Part shown: positions 40,800 through 50,210 of the stretch, one piece after another
Layout of the letters: each line of letters begins with the position of its first letter
Position numbering within the stretch: the stretch's first letter is position 1
Source of the DNA: an uncultured Bacilli bacterium
Lineage (GTDB): Bacteria > Bacillota_I > Bacilli_A > RF39 > UBA660
Reading direction: 5' to 3'
Assembly: GCA_944350345.1 (NCBI GenBank)
Contig: CALVOP010000002.1
Location: 68,134 to 132,133, forward strand
Length of the DNA stretch: 64,000 bases
Program-made: the position numbers and the translations under genes
Notes under the pieces: model-generated
Told to the model about the DNA's origin: nothing
The model's input: the letters and a program-made list of their open reading frames with translations, nothing else
Database searches by the model: none

Positions 40800-41792
40800 A
40801 TGAAATTAGTTTATTTTATTAAGTTACTTTTACAGATAATATGTATAGTTACTCCAATAATAATTATTGTTTCATCTATGATACATTTAGTTAGTCAGTT
40901 AATGAAAAGTGAAATAACTTCTGTAACATGGAGTGCTTTGGTGCAGAAGATTGTTTTGGGGGTAGCTGTTTTTTTAGTGTTACCATTAGTTAATTCAATT
41001 ATGATATTGTTAGATCAAGATGATTTAGAAAATACTTCGTGTTGGAAAAATGCAAATTTAGAAAATATTGCAAGTTTAGAGGCTGCTGAGAAAGACAAAT
41101 TATTAGCTGAAATTGAGGCAGAAAAGAACAAAGAAGAGCAAGATAAATTTGAAGATCAAGTAAGTGACAATATAAATGGATCTACAAGTAATGGAAGCAG
41201 TAGTGGAAGCAGTAGTGGAAGCAGCAGTGGAAGCAGTAGTGGAAGCAGCAGTGGAAGCAGCAGTGGAAGCAGCAGTGGAAGCAGCAGTGGAAGCAGCAGT
41301 GGAAGTAGTTCATCTTTGTCTTATGGTTCACCTTGTACAGGTTACGTGTCATCTAGTTCATACAATCAAGCAACTGTTAATAATTTAATTAATAAAGCTA
41401 AAACGTACATAGGTACTCCTTATAAAAAAATGGATTGTTCTGATTTTGTTGGTAATGTTTATTCGGATTATTTAGAAAGTTCATATGCTGCTGGTCAGGC
41501 TAATGAAACTAAAAATAAATGTGTTGCACGAGATGATATTAGGCCAGGAGATGTGTTTTTTACTAGTTGCTATGATACTAGAGGCGTTTGCAATCATTGT
41601 GGAGATAGATGTAAAAGGTGGAAATGTATTCTGCATGTTGGCATAGTACTTACAGTTAGAGGCGATAAAATTGTGTCAATAATTCACTCTGCTTCTAAGG
41701 GAGTACATATTCAAACAAGTCCATCATATAGGTATAGCCCAAATTCTAATGGAAATTCTTGGTATATTATGGTAACTAGGCCGTACGCATAA
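40800..41792 (+). CDS. NlpC/P60 family peptidoglycan peptidase with signal anchor and Ser/Gly repeat linker (copy 1)
   Basis: C-terminal NlpC/P60 domain (DCSDFVGNVY Cys, ILHVGIV His), N-terminal TM (MKLVYFIKLLLQIICIV...) and (SSG)n low-complexity linker. The track ORF extends upstream to a GTG at 40710. Confidence 0.7.
   Translation: MKLVYFIKLLLQIICIVTPIIIIVSSMIHLVSQLMKSEITSVTWSALVQKIVLGVAVFLVLPLVNSIMILLDQDDLENTSCWKNANLENIASLEAAEKDKLLAEIEAEKNKEEQDKFEDQVSDNINGSTSNGSSSGSSSGSSSGSSSGSSSGSSSGSSSGSSSGSSSGSSSSLSYGSPCTGYVSSSSYNQATVNNLINKAKTYIGTPYKKMDCSDFVGNVYSDYLESSYAAGQANETKNKCVARDDIRPGDVFFTSCYDTRGVCNHCGDRCKRWKCILHVGIVLTVRGDKIVSIIHSASKGVHIQTSPSYRYSPNSNGNSWYIMVTRPYA
41193..41305 (+). repeat. coding simple-sequence repeat (ggaagcagy)n, about 11 units, encoding (GSS)n
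   Basis: Tandem 9-bp units are visible in the sequence; copy 2 has only about 2 units. Confidence 0.8.
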
Positions 41793-41844
41793 ATTTGTAA
41801 AATTATAAGAAAGGAAATTAGTTTTTACTAATAATTTATATTAT

Positions 41845-42495
41845 ATGAAAAAAATTATAATTTTTGTAATATCCATCTTTTTGATTTCTGGTTGTCAAGC
41901 TGAATATACTTTGCTAATTAATGATGAGGAATATTCTGATAGTTTGTTTTTGTTTAATTCACAAAGTTATTTATTAGATAAACTTAAATATGAAGATAAT
42001 TCTATGGACGTTGTTGTGGCAGAAATTCGTAGTAAAAAATCAAATTATGAAGAAGAGTTTGTTACAGAAAGTGTTGATAGAACTGGTTATCTTTATTCTA
42101 GCCAAGGGGATATAAGTGATTTGGCTAAAAATTCGATTGTTACTCTATTTTATGATAATGTTGATGTAAATATTGAAGATGAAATTTTAACTTTAAAGAC
42201 ATCAAGCTTTATTGATTTTGATCAATATGGAGCGCCACTTGATGATGTTTCAATTGTTATAAAAAGTAATCGTGAATTAATTGACACTAATGCCCATGAG
42301 GTAAATGATAATACATATAAATGGCATTTTATGTCAGGAGATTTAGAAGAAGCTACTGATCATACAATTTATTTACAACTAGGTGGTATTAAAAAAAATT
42401 ATAGTTTAATTGTACTATTTATTATTTTAATTGTCGGGGTTGTTCTTGCTTTTATATATTATATACATGTTGTTATTCAAAGAAGGAAGATTTAA
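41845..42495 (+). CDS. lipoprotein (copy 1)
   Basis: Signal peptide with LISGC lipobox and a C-terminal TM segment. Confidence 0.6.
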   Translation: MKKIIIFVISIFLISGCQAEYTLLINDEEYSDSLFLFNSQSYLLDKLKYEDNSMDVVVAEIRSKKSNYEEEFVTESVDRTGYLYSSQGDISDLAKNSIVTLFYDNVDVNIEDEILTLKTSSFIDFDQYGAPLDDVSIVIKSNRELIDTNAHEVNDNTYKWHFMSGDLEEATDHTIYLQLGGIKKNYSLIVLFIILIVGVVLAFIYYIHVVIQRRKI

Positions 42496-42886
42496 AATAA
42501 GAATGTGTAAGTATAAGTCAAAGGTTGATTTTTTCTGATAACAAAAAGTTTTTATATAAATATATTTAGATTTTTGTTTTAAAAGATAGATTATTTTCTT
42601 TAGTTAAGTTGTTACCAATAAGATCATAAAAATAATAAAAATATAGGCAAGAATTACAATTTCACTAATTTTTGTGTCTATATGTTTTTTAATTGATTCA
42701 TTCTTAATAAAGTTTTTTAACTTTTTTGCTTAAGTGAGCCAATGTATAATTTTGAGATAATTTCACAAATTAATATACATGATATTATTGGATAATTAGG
42801 CTAAAAAATTATAATATTAATTATATTTTTTGACATTTTTATCAATTTATGTTATAATTACCATAGTAATTAGGGGGAAGGTAAAA

Positions 42887-43309
42887 ATGAAAGGTAGATA
42901 TTTATTAGATTATTTAGATGAAAATTATTATAAGAAATTAGAGAGAAGTTTAAAAAAATATAACATGGTTGCTTATAAGAAATTGATTTTTGATTTTTAT
43001 CCTAAATTGAGAAGTGGAGAATTTGTGGGAGAATTGGTTAGTATAAATAAGCATGAACAAACTGAGACTTATGAGTTAAAACTCCCAACCGATAATTTAT
43101 TTGTTAAAGTTTATGGTGAAGTTAAATTAAATTATACTGTTTATTATTCACAAAATACTGTAATGTTAAATTTACTTGAACCAAAGGATATTTTGATGGA
43201 TGGTCATAAATCTGAATTGACTGCATATAAAGGTATAATGATTTCTAAAGCTAATGCTCAAAAAGAAATGTTTAAAATTGATTTATTAAGCAGATTAGAA
43301 AACAAATAA
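42887..43309 (+). CDS. hypothetical protein
   Basis: ORF with an AGGGGGAAGG RBS before the ATG at 42887 and no recognisable motifs. It is flanked by long AT-rich non-coding DNA. Confidence 0.45.
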   Translation: MKGRYLLDYLDENYYKKLERSLKKYNMVAYKKLIFDFYPKLRSGEFVGELVSINKHEQTETYELKLPTDNLFVKVYGEVKLNYTVYYSQNTVMLNLLEPKDILMDGHKSELTAYKGIMISKANAQKEMFKIDLLSRLENK

Positions 43310-43780
43310 TTTCTATGCCTGTTTTAACGTATTTATTGGAATTTATTTTCGATAGTTTTATGTTAATTTTTAAAGAATGAACTAATTAGGCATTTCGTAT
43401 TATTATTATAATTGTATAAAGTTTTATTGTTTATTATAAATTAACTATGTCTTTAAATAATACAGGCTTTATATTTAATTTATAGTTAAAGGATTGTAAA
43501 TTGTAATTTTATAAAAGCAATCCTTTTAATTTTATTTATAATTTTTTTCTTGACTTTAAAACATTGTAATATTTATTCATTAAAGACAGTTCTAATTAAG
43601 AATTCGTTTTCTTTTATATTATTTATAATGTTTTATTTATTTTTAAACATTTAAAAATCTCGTTTTTATTTTGATTATAAACGAGAAACATATTAATAAA
43701 GGTGTCTGCTTTTACTTTCTTTTCGCATTAAATATTTGTTTTTTAATCTTACTAGTTTTGATTTTATTTATTAATAAATT

Positions 43781-43865
43781 TGGTGCAGGTGACAGGAGTT
43801 GAACCTGCACGCCGTAAGGCGCTAGATCCTAAGTCTAGTGCGTCTGCCAATTTCGCCACACCTGC
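43781..43865 (-). tRNA. tRNA-Leu (anticodon TAG), long variable arm
   Basis: 85-nt minus-strand cloverleaf gcaggtg...cacctgcacca. Anticodon stem ctaga/tctag, loop CT-TAG-GA, long variable arm, encoded CCA. Confidence 0.8.
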
Positions 43866-43904
43866 GTTAAAAAGGTAGTTTTAACAACTACTTAAATTAC
43901 ATAG

Positions 43905-43981
43905 TGGTGGATCTTGCAGGACTCGAACCTGCGACCGCCCGGTTATGAGCCGGATGCTCTAACCAACTGAGCTAAAGATCC
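43905..43981 (-). tRNA. tRNA-Met (anticodon CAT; elongator Met or Ile2-lysidine type not distinguishable)
   Basis: 77-nt cloverleaf ggatctt...aagatcc-a-cca with G1-C72 paired, anticodon loop CT-CAT-AA, and three G-C pairs at the base of the anticodon stem. Confidence 0.8.
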
Positions 43982-44039
43982 GTGACTATATATTACCACA
44001 ACACTTAATATATTACAATATAAAAATTAAAAAAGCAAA

Positions 44040-44850
44040 CATTTTATAAATTGAAAAGTTAAGTGTCCGAAAAGGAAATAAAAAAAGACACATATTGTTA
44101 CCTATGATACAATGTAAGTGATGGACAAACATTGGAGGTAATAAATATGTGTCATTTAAATTATAGCAAAAATAAATCAAATATATAAACATTTAACTTT
44201 CACAGAAAGAACAATGATTGAAACTTGGTATAACTGTGACAAAAGAAGTAAAAAAGAAATCACTGAGTTATTACATAAAAGTGAAAGAACAATAAGAAGG
44301 GAAATAAAACGAGGAAAAGTAATTGTAAAGGGCTATTTGTGGGAAGATTTAGAAGAATATAGTGCAAGGATAGCACAAGGAAAGTATGAATACAAAATGA
44401 CTGGAAAAGGACCTTCGTTAAAATTAGATCAAGACATAAATTTAGTTAAACAAATTGAAAAGGAAATAGTTGAAAATAAAAAATCTCCTAAAATTATAGT
44501 TGTTGAGCTAAATGAAAATATGGAAAAAGATTTTATGATAAATTTAAAACAATAACATTTGATAATGGCATGGAATTTATGGATTATAAAGGTATGGAAA
44601 AATCTTGCTTAAGAAAAAGAAATAGAACTGAAATATATTATGCTCATCCATATTGTTCTGGAGAACGAGGAAGTAATGAAAATAATAATAGATTAATACG
44701 AAGATGGATACCGAAGGGAACGTCAATAGATAATATATCAAAAGATTTTATAAACAAAATAGAAAATTGGATAAATAATTATCCAAGAGCTATGTTTTAC
44801 TATAAAAGTTCAAATATGATAATATCAAATATATAAAAACTTATATTTTA
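44040..44850 (+). mobile_element. IS30-family insertion sequence remnant with internal deletion
   Basis: Left-end region gtgtccgaaaagg...gacacata. An N-terminal HTH fragment and a C-terminal fragment (HPYCSGERGSNENNNRLIRRWIPKGT, matching the IS30 [24 protein letters not shown] block) are separated by a stop, and the DDE middle is missing. Confidence 0.65.
44214..44836 (+). pseudogene. IS30-family transposase pseudogene (two fragments: 44214-44555 and 44570-44836)
   Basis: As above; together the fragments are about 200 aa, versus about 340-380 aa for an intact IS30 transposase. Confidence 0.6.
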
Positions 44851-44912
44851 GGTAATAAAATGTGCGGGTGCTTAATATTTCAATTTATATTTTTTATTTT
44901 TTTATGGGATTA

Positions 44913-44942
44913 TTGACAGCATTAATAAAAATGGTTTATAAT
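44913..44942 (+). promoter_or_regulatory. sigma-A-like promoter (TTGACA-18-TATAAT) for the second surface-protein gene
   Basis: TTGACA at 44913-44918 and TATAAT at 44937-44942, immediately downstream of the IS30 remnant. Confidence 0.45.
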
Positions 44943-44975
44943 ATTATTAATATAAATATAGTAGGAGTAATTATT

Positions 44976-47708
44976 ATGAAAAAAGGAAAATTTTATTTAT
45001 TTGTTGTAACTTTATTAGTAATAATTAGTTTTGCTTCTTTCATTTTGGTTTTGTTTAAAAATGATGATAGGGAAAAAATAAATGAAAAAAAAGTAGATGA
45101 AAGTAAAAATCAAATGATAGCATTTACTGTTGAGGGCGAAAATATAAATATAAATTTTCCTCAAAAAGGGGAAGGGTATAAGGGAGAAAGTGTAACATGT
45201 ACAAATGGAATAACAGGAGTATGGAATAATGATACGTGGAAATTAGAATTAAGTAATGTTTCTGCAGTTACAAATTGTACAATAAATTTTATAGAATATA
45301 CACCATATTTATATGAAAAAATATTGGAGGACAACCCGAATGTAAGTACAAGGACAGACTTTAGTACAATATTTACAGAAAGTAATAATGGAAACACAAT
45401 ATATAGTGCAACAGGACAAGATAACAAGACAACATACTACTTCGCTGGACAAGTAACAAATAACTATGTAAAATTTGCAAATAAGTACTGGAGAATAGTA
45501 AGAATAAACGAAGATAATAGTGTACGCTTAATATATGCAGGAACAAGTGCAGATGATACTGCAGCATTTATAAGTACAAGTCAAGTATATAACTCAAGCT
45601 ATAATAATAGTGCATATGTAGGATATATGTATACGGCAAGCGAACAATATGGAACAGGAACAAATAGCTCAATAAAAACAACAGTAGATAACTGGTACAC
45701 AAGTAACTTGAATAGTTACTCAGGATATATAAATAAGACAGCAATATACTGTAACGATAGAACAGTGGCAAGTGGAACATGGAGTGCAACAGGAAGTACA
45801 TTCTACTATGCTGCATATGCAAGATTATATATAAATAAAACACCAACGTTTGTATGTAGTAATGCAAATGACAAATTCACAGCAAGTACAAGTACGGGAA
45901 ACGGAAAACTAACATATCCAATAGGACTAATAACAGCAGACGAAATAAGCTACGCAGGTGGATTGTGGGCAACAACTAACTTAAACTATTATATAGCCCA
46001 GAACGTATCGAGTGGAGCATCGTGGTGGTGGACAATGAGTCCGAGCTACTGGAATGGCAACTACGCTCGCGTGTTCATCGTGGGTGGGTCTTCTTACACT
46101 GGCTACTTGAGCTACGACTGGACCAACAACACATACGGCGTGCGCCCTGTAATTTCATTGAAAGCTTGTGTTATTGCCTCTGGAGGAAGTGGAACGGCGA
46201 GTGATCCGTATATAGTAAGCTTGGCTGAGGGATGCGCTAATGTAGAAAATGAGATACTAGAAGAGAATACAGTAAGAGTAAGCGCAACAACAAATGATGC
46301 AAGTATGGCGACAGTGAATGCGCCAAGTTCAGTAACGATAAATAGTGGGAGCTCTCATACATTTACACTTACAGTAAATAGTGGATACGAGTATGAAAGT
46401 GTAAGTGGATGTAATGGGGTATTTGATACAAACACAAATCAGTTAACAGTAAGTAATGTAACGAGTAATACAACATGTCAAGTAAACTTTAAATCAAACA
46501 ACCATACAGTAAATATGAATGTAAGTGGCGGAACAATAAGTCCAACGAGCGCAACAGTGAGTCATGGCTCAAGTAAAACATTTACTGTAACCGCAAGTAC
46601 AGGGTATACAACAACAGTAAGTTGTACAAACGGAGTAAGTGGAGGTATAAGTGGAAGCACAGTAACAGTAAGTAATGTAACAAGCAACACAACATGTACA
46701 GTAACATTACCATCAAAGACATATACAGTAAGTGCAGCACCAAATAGTACAACATATGCAACAGTAAGTGCCCCAAGTTCAGTATCGGTAAGTCATGGAG
46801 GAAGTCATACATTTACATTTAGTGTAAAAACAGGATATGAATATAGTAGTTTAAGTAATTGTACAGGAGGAAGTTACAATAAAAGTACAAACAAATTAAC
46901 AGTAAGTAATGTAACAAGCAACAGGTCATGTACTGTAAACTTTAAAGCAAAAACATATACAATAACTTTTAATGCTAGAGGAGGAACAGGGGGACCAACA
47001 ACTGTATCAAAGACACATGGAGTGACTTTAACGTTACCTACAACAAAACCGACAAGAAGTGGATACACATTTGCAGAGTGGAATACAAAATCAGATGGAA
47101 CAGGTACAGCATATGCCCCAGGAGCATCATATACAGGTAATGCAAATGCGACACTATATGCAAGGTGGTTAGGGTCAAATACTTATACAATACAAGCAAC
47201 AAGTACAAATTCAGGGCAGTATAGTAGTTGGACAAGTAACTGGTATAATAATTATTACGAAATGAGCCATGAACGAGTAGGAAGAACTGCATCAGGAATA
47301 CCAGGAGGGACATCATATGCAATAAATATATTATTTAACCTTGAACCATACAGGGATAAAGAGGTAACAAAAATACTATTATATATAAATGTATTAAATG
47401 AAGCATCATGGCAATTTAGTATAGATCATAAATATAATAACACGGCAACAGGAGCTTCAGCAGCACAAGCGTGGGCAACAGTAGGATATAATAGTAGTGG
47501 AGTAGGATACACAAAGAGAGTAGATGTACATAGGAATGATACAGTGGTAGGATGGAATGCGATAGATTTAACGGAGTATGGATTACCAGATTATGGATAT
47601 GTATTAGGGCCAAAGAGCTCGAGTGTTACAAATTATTGGAGAATAAGTAGAACAGTAGGTAGTGGAGGGAAACCATACTTAGTTATAACAGTAAAAGAAG
47701 AAGTATAA
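44976..47708 (+). CDS. large surface protein: signal anchor, one copy of the ~300-aa repeated domain, Ig-like repeats, Listeria-Bacteroides-type repeat and a C-terminal domain
   Basis: Start moved to the ATG at 44976 (MKKGKFYLFVVTLLVIISFA...) after an AGGAG RBS. It shares the YYWRIVRINEDNSVRLIYAGTS...GVRPVISLKACV domain and the GCANVENEILEENTVRVSATT linker with the 21988 gene. YTITFNARGG...GYTFAEWNTKSDGTG...LYARW matches a Flg_new/Listeria-Bacteroides repeat. Confidence 0.75.
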   Translation: MKKGKFYLFVVTLLVIISFASFILVLFKNDDREKINEKKVDESKNQMIAFTVEGENININFPQKGEGYKGESVTCTNGITGVWNNDTWKLELSNVSAVTNCTINFIEYTPYLYEKILEDNPNVSTRTDFSTIFTESNNGNTIYSATGQDNKTTYYFAGQVTNNYVKFANKYWRIVRINEDNSVRLIYAGTSADDTAAFISTSQVYNSSYNNSAYVGYMYTASEQYGTGTNSSIKTTVDNWYTSNLNSYSGYINKTAIYCNDRTVASGTWSATGSTFYYAAYARLYINKTPTFVCSNANDKFTASTSTGNGKLTYPIGLITADEISYAGGLWATTNLNYYIAQNVSSGASWWWTMSPSYWNGNYARVFIVGGSSYTGYLSYDWTNNTYGVRPVISLKACVIASGGSGTASDPYIVSLAEGCANVENEILEENTVRVSATTNDASMATVNAPSSVTINSGSSHTFTLTVNSGYEYESVSGCNGVFDTNTNQLTVSNVTSNTTCQVNFKSNNHTVNMNVSGGTISPTSATVSHGSSKTFTVTASTGYTTTVSCTNGVSGGISGSTVTVSNVTSNTTCTVTLPSKTYTVSAAPNSTTYATVSAPSSVSVSHGGSHTFTFSVKTGYEYSSLSNCTGGSYNKSTNKLTVSNVTSNRSCTVNFKAKTYTITFNARGGTGGPTTVSKTHGVTLTLPTTKPTRSGYTFAEWNTKSDGTGTAYAPGASYTGNANATLYARWLGSNTYTIQATSTNSGQYSSWTSNWYNNYYEMSHERVGRTASGIPGGTSYAINILFNLEPYRDKEVTKILLYINVLNEASWQFSIDHKYNNTATGASAAQAWATVGYNSSGVGYTKRVDVHRNDTVVGWNAIDLTEYGLPDYGYVLGPKSSSVTNYWRISRTVGSGGKPYLVITVKEEV

Positions 47709-47838
47709 AATATTAATTCTTATTACTTAAATTAAAAAAATCTAATAATATTTAGATTTTTTTTGATGAAAAAAAATTTTATTGTAGACATAATTTTAAA
47801 TATAATTTATAATAAAAAATCAAGTGAGGAGGAGAGTT

Positions 47839-50157
47839 ATGATTAAAAGTAATTTGCCTGTTATTCTTTTAAAAGGATTAGTTTTACTTCCTCATCAAGA
47901 AGCTAGAATCGAACTGAATAATGATATTAGTAAGAAAGTTATTGATATTGCTAGGGAATATCATAATAATGAAATTTTAATTGTAACTCCTTTAAATGTT
48001 CTCGAAGAGAATCCTTGTATTGATGATTTACCTAAAATTGGTGTAGTTGGAATAATAAAAAGCAAAATAGTCTTACCAAATGGTGCTACACGCGTAGTGA
48101 TTATAGGTAAAAAACGCGTAAAAGTATATAGTTATGTAAATTATTCAAATCAAAAAGATGTACTTGAAAGTATAGTTGCAAGCATACCAGTTTTAGAAGT
48201 AGATGAAATAGAAGAAACTGCATTATTAAGAACATTGATAAATGAGCTTGATAAATATATAAGTATAAACCCCTACATATCTAATTCAATTTTGAGCCAA
48301 ATTAAAGGGATAACTAATTTAGATAAATTAACTGATATGATTACTAGTTTTTTACCATTAAGTTTTGAAAAAAAATTGATGTTTATGTTAAATACTGATT
48401 ATATATCGAGAGCAAAACAGTTAATTAAAGAAATAAGTATTGAAAAAGCAGTTGTAGAATTAGAAAATAAAATTGAACTAGAACTAAAGCAAAAACTTGA
48501 AGATAGTCAAAAAGAATTTGTTTTAAAAGAAAAAATCAAATTAATTAAAAATGAACTTGGTGAGAAAGATAGTAAAACTGAAACGATAGAAAGCATTCAA
48601 GAAAAGATGAACTTATTAAAACTACCTACTCATATTAAAAATAAATTAGATAATGAAGTATTAAAATATGAAAGAACACCAGAGGTAAGCCCAGAATTAG
48701 CGGTTATTAAAAATTATATAGACACCTTGCTAAGTTTGCCTTGGAACAATAGAAGTAAAGATGAAAAAGACTTAAATAAAATATTAAAAAGTTTAGATAA
48801 AAGTCATTATGGCCTTGTTGATATTAAAAATAGAATTATTGAATATATTGCGGTTAAAGAAAACAACAAAAATGCTGTTAGTCCAATAATTTGTTTAGTT
48901 GGACCTCCAGGAGTTGGAAAAACAACATTTGCTGAAAGTATTGCTAATAGTTTGAATAGAAGTTTTAGTAAAATTAGTTTGGGAGGTATAAGTGATCCAG
49001 CTGAATTAATTGGCCACAGGAAAACATATATAGGAAGTAGTCCTGGTAAAATAATTAATTCATTTGTAAAATGTGGTACTAAAAATCCAGTTATATTGCT
49101 TGACGAAATAGACAAACTTACCAAAGACTATCGCGGGGACCCAGCGAGTACTTTACTTGATGTATTAGATAGTAAACAAAATAAGTCATTTGTAGATAAT
49201 TACATAGAAGAAGGAATTGATTTAAGTGAAGTATTTTTTATATGTACAGCAAATGATTTGACTAGTATTCCACCCGTACTAAGAGACAGGCTTGAAATAA
49301 TAGAAATAGCCGGATACACAGATAATGAAAAATTAAACATTGCCACAAATTATTTAATACCTAACGCACTTATAAATTCAGGACTTAAAAAAGATGAAAT
49401 AACATTTGATGAAAAAAGCATAAACGAAATAATAAATTCTTATACCAAAGAAAGTGGAGTAAGAGAATTAGATAAATTAATAAATAAAATAATTAGAAAA
49501 ATTATTACAGATTCTAAAATGAATAATAAAGAATTAGTTAAAAATGTTACAATTAAAAATATATATACATATCTAAAAAGTCCAAAATATAGTAATAATT
49601 TAAAACATAAAACAATGCCTAAAGGTTTTATAACAGGAATAGCATACACACCTTATGGAGGGGCAACAATAGAAGTTGAAGTATCTAGTTATCCTGGTAA
49701 AGAAGAGTTTGTGTATACTGGTTCATTAGGAAAAGTAATGGAAGAAAGTATAAAAGTGGCAACAGGATATATTAAAAGCAATTTAGTTTATTTTAATTTA
49801 AAAAATGATGTATTTAAAAATAAAACTTACCACATCAATTTTAGGGAAACAGCCGTTCCTAAAGAAGGACCTTCTGCGGGCAGCTTGATAGTTACTGCAT
49901 TACTTAGTTATATTAAAAACAAAAGTATTAGTAGTAATATAAGTATGACAGGTGAAATAACATTAAATGGAGATATTTTGCCCATTGGTGGATTAAAAGA
50001 AAAAAGTCTTGCAGCGATTAGAAATGGAATAGAGACTATATTTATACCTAAGGAAAATGAAAAAGATTCTTTAGAATTAGATGAAGATATAAAAAGTAAA
50101 ATAAGGTTTATTCCTGTGAAGAATTACAAAGAAATATATAAATGCATATTCAAATAA
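47839..50157 (+). CDS. lon: ATP-dependent protease Lon (LonA-type)
   Basis: LON N-terminal domain, AAA+ motifs GPPGVGKT and LLDEIDK, and an S16 protease PKEGPSAGS catalytic Ser. Start moved to the ATG at 47839 after a GAGGAGGA RBS. Confidence 0.85.
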   Translation: MIKSNLPVILLKGLVLLPHQEARIELNNDISKKVIDIAREYHNNEILIVTPLNVLEENPCIDDLPKIGVVGIIKSKIVLPNGATRVVIIGKKRVKVYSYVNYSNQKDVLESIVASIPVLEVDEIEETALLRTLINELDKYISINPYISNSILSQIKGITNLDKLTDMITSFLPLSFEKKLMFMLNTDYISRAKQLIKEISIEKAVVELENKIELELKQKLEDSQKEFVLKEKIKLIKNELGEKDSKTETIESIQEKMNLLKLPTHIKNKLDNEVLKYERTPEVSPELAVIKNYIDTLLSLPWNNRSKDEKDLNKILKSLDKSHYGLVDIKNRIIEYIAVKENNKNAVSPIICLVGPPGVGKTTFAESIANSLNRSFSKISLGGISDPAELIGHRKTYIGSSPGKIINSFVKCGTKNPVILLDEIDKLTKDYRGDPASTLLDVLDSKQNKSFVDNYIEEGIDLSEVFFICTANDLTSIPPVLRDRLEIIEIAGYTDNEKLNIATNYLIPNALINSGLKKDEITFDEKSINEIINSYTKESGVRELDKLINKIIRKIITDSKMNNKELVKNVTIKNIYTYLKSPKYSNNLKHKTMPKGFITGIAYTPYGGATIEVEVSSYPGKEEFVYTGSLGKVMEESIKVATGYIKSNLVYFNLKNDVFKNKTYHINFRETAVPKEGPSAGSLIVTALLSYIKNKSISSNISMTGEITLNGDILPIGGLKEKSLAAIRNGIETIFIPKENEKDSLELDEDIKSKIRFIPVKNYKEIYKCIFK

Positions 50158-50210
50158 TAGTTATAAAAAATAAAACACTTCATATATTTAACTGAAAGGA
50201 GTGTTTTATT

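Larger units (their letters stand above)
40568..41932 (+). repeat. segmental duplication copy 1 (leader + NlpC/P60 gene + lipoprotein gene), direct repeat of 62636-64000
   Basis: A leader of about 230 nt and the first ~600 nt of the gene are near-identical to copy 2 at an offset of 22068 nt. The extent is bounded by the window end for copy 2. Confidence 0.8.

Noticed and set aside
41176-41388. 70-aa ORF (MDLQVMEAVVEAVVEAAVEA...) in an alternative frame.
   Set aside because: Artifact of the 9-bp (ggaagcagy)n repeat read out of frame within the NlpC/P60 gene.
44862-44975. Track start of the second surface protein at 44862 (MRVLNISIYIFYFFMGLLTALIKM...).
   Set aside because: The extension runs through the predicted promoter and has no RBS. 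The ATG at 44976 has an AGGAG RBS and begins a typical signal anchor.
46022-46204. 60-aa plus-strand ORF (MVVDNESELLEWQLRSRVHRGW...) overlapping the surface-protein gene in another frame.
   Set aside because: It lies exactly within the GC-rich island, where stop codons are depleted in all frames. The real frame is that of the 911-aa protein.
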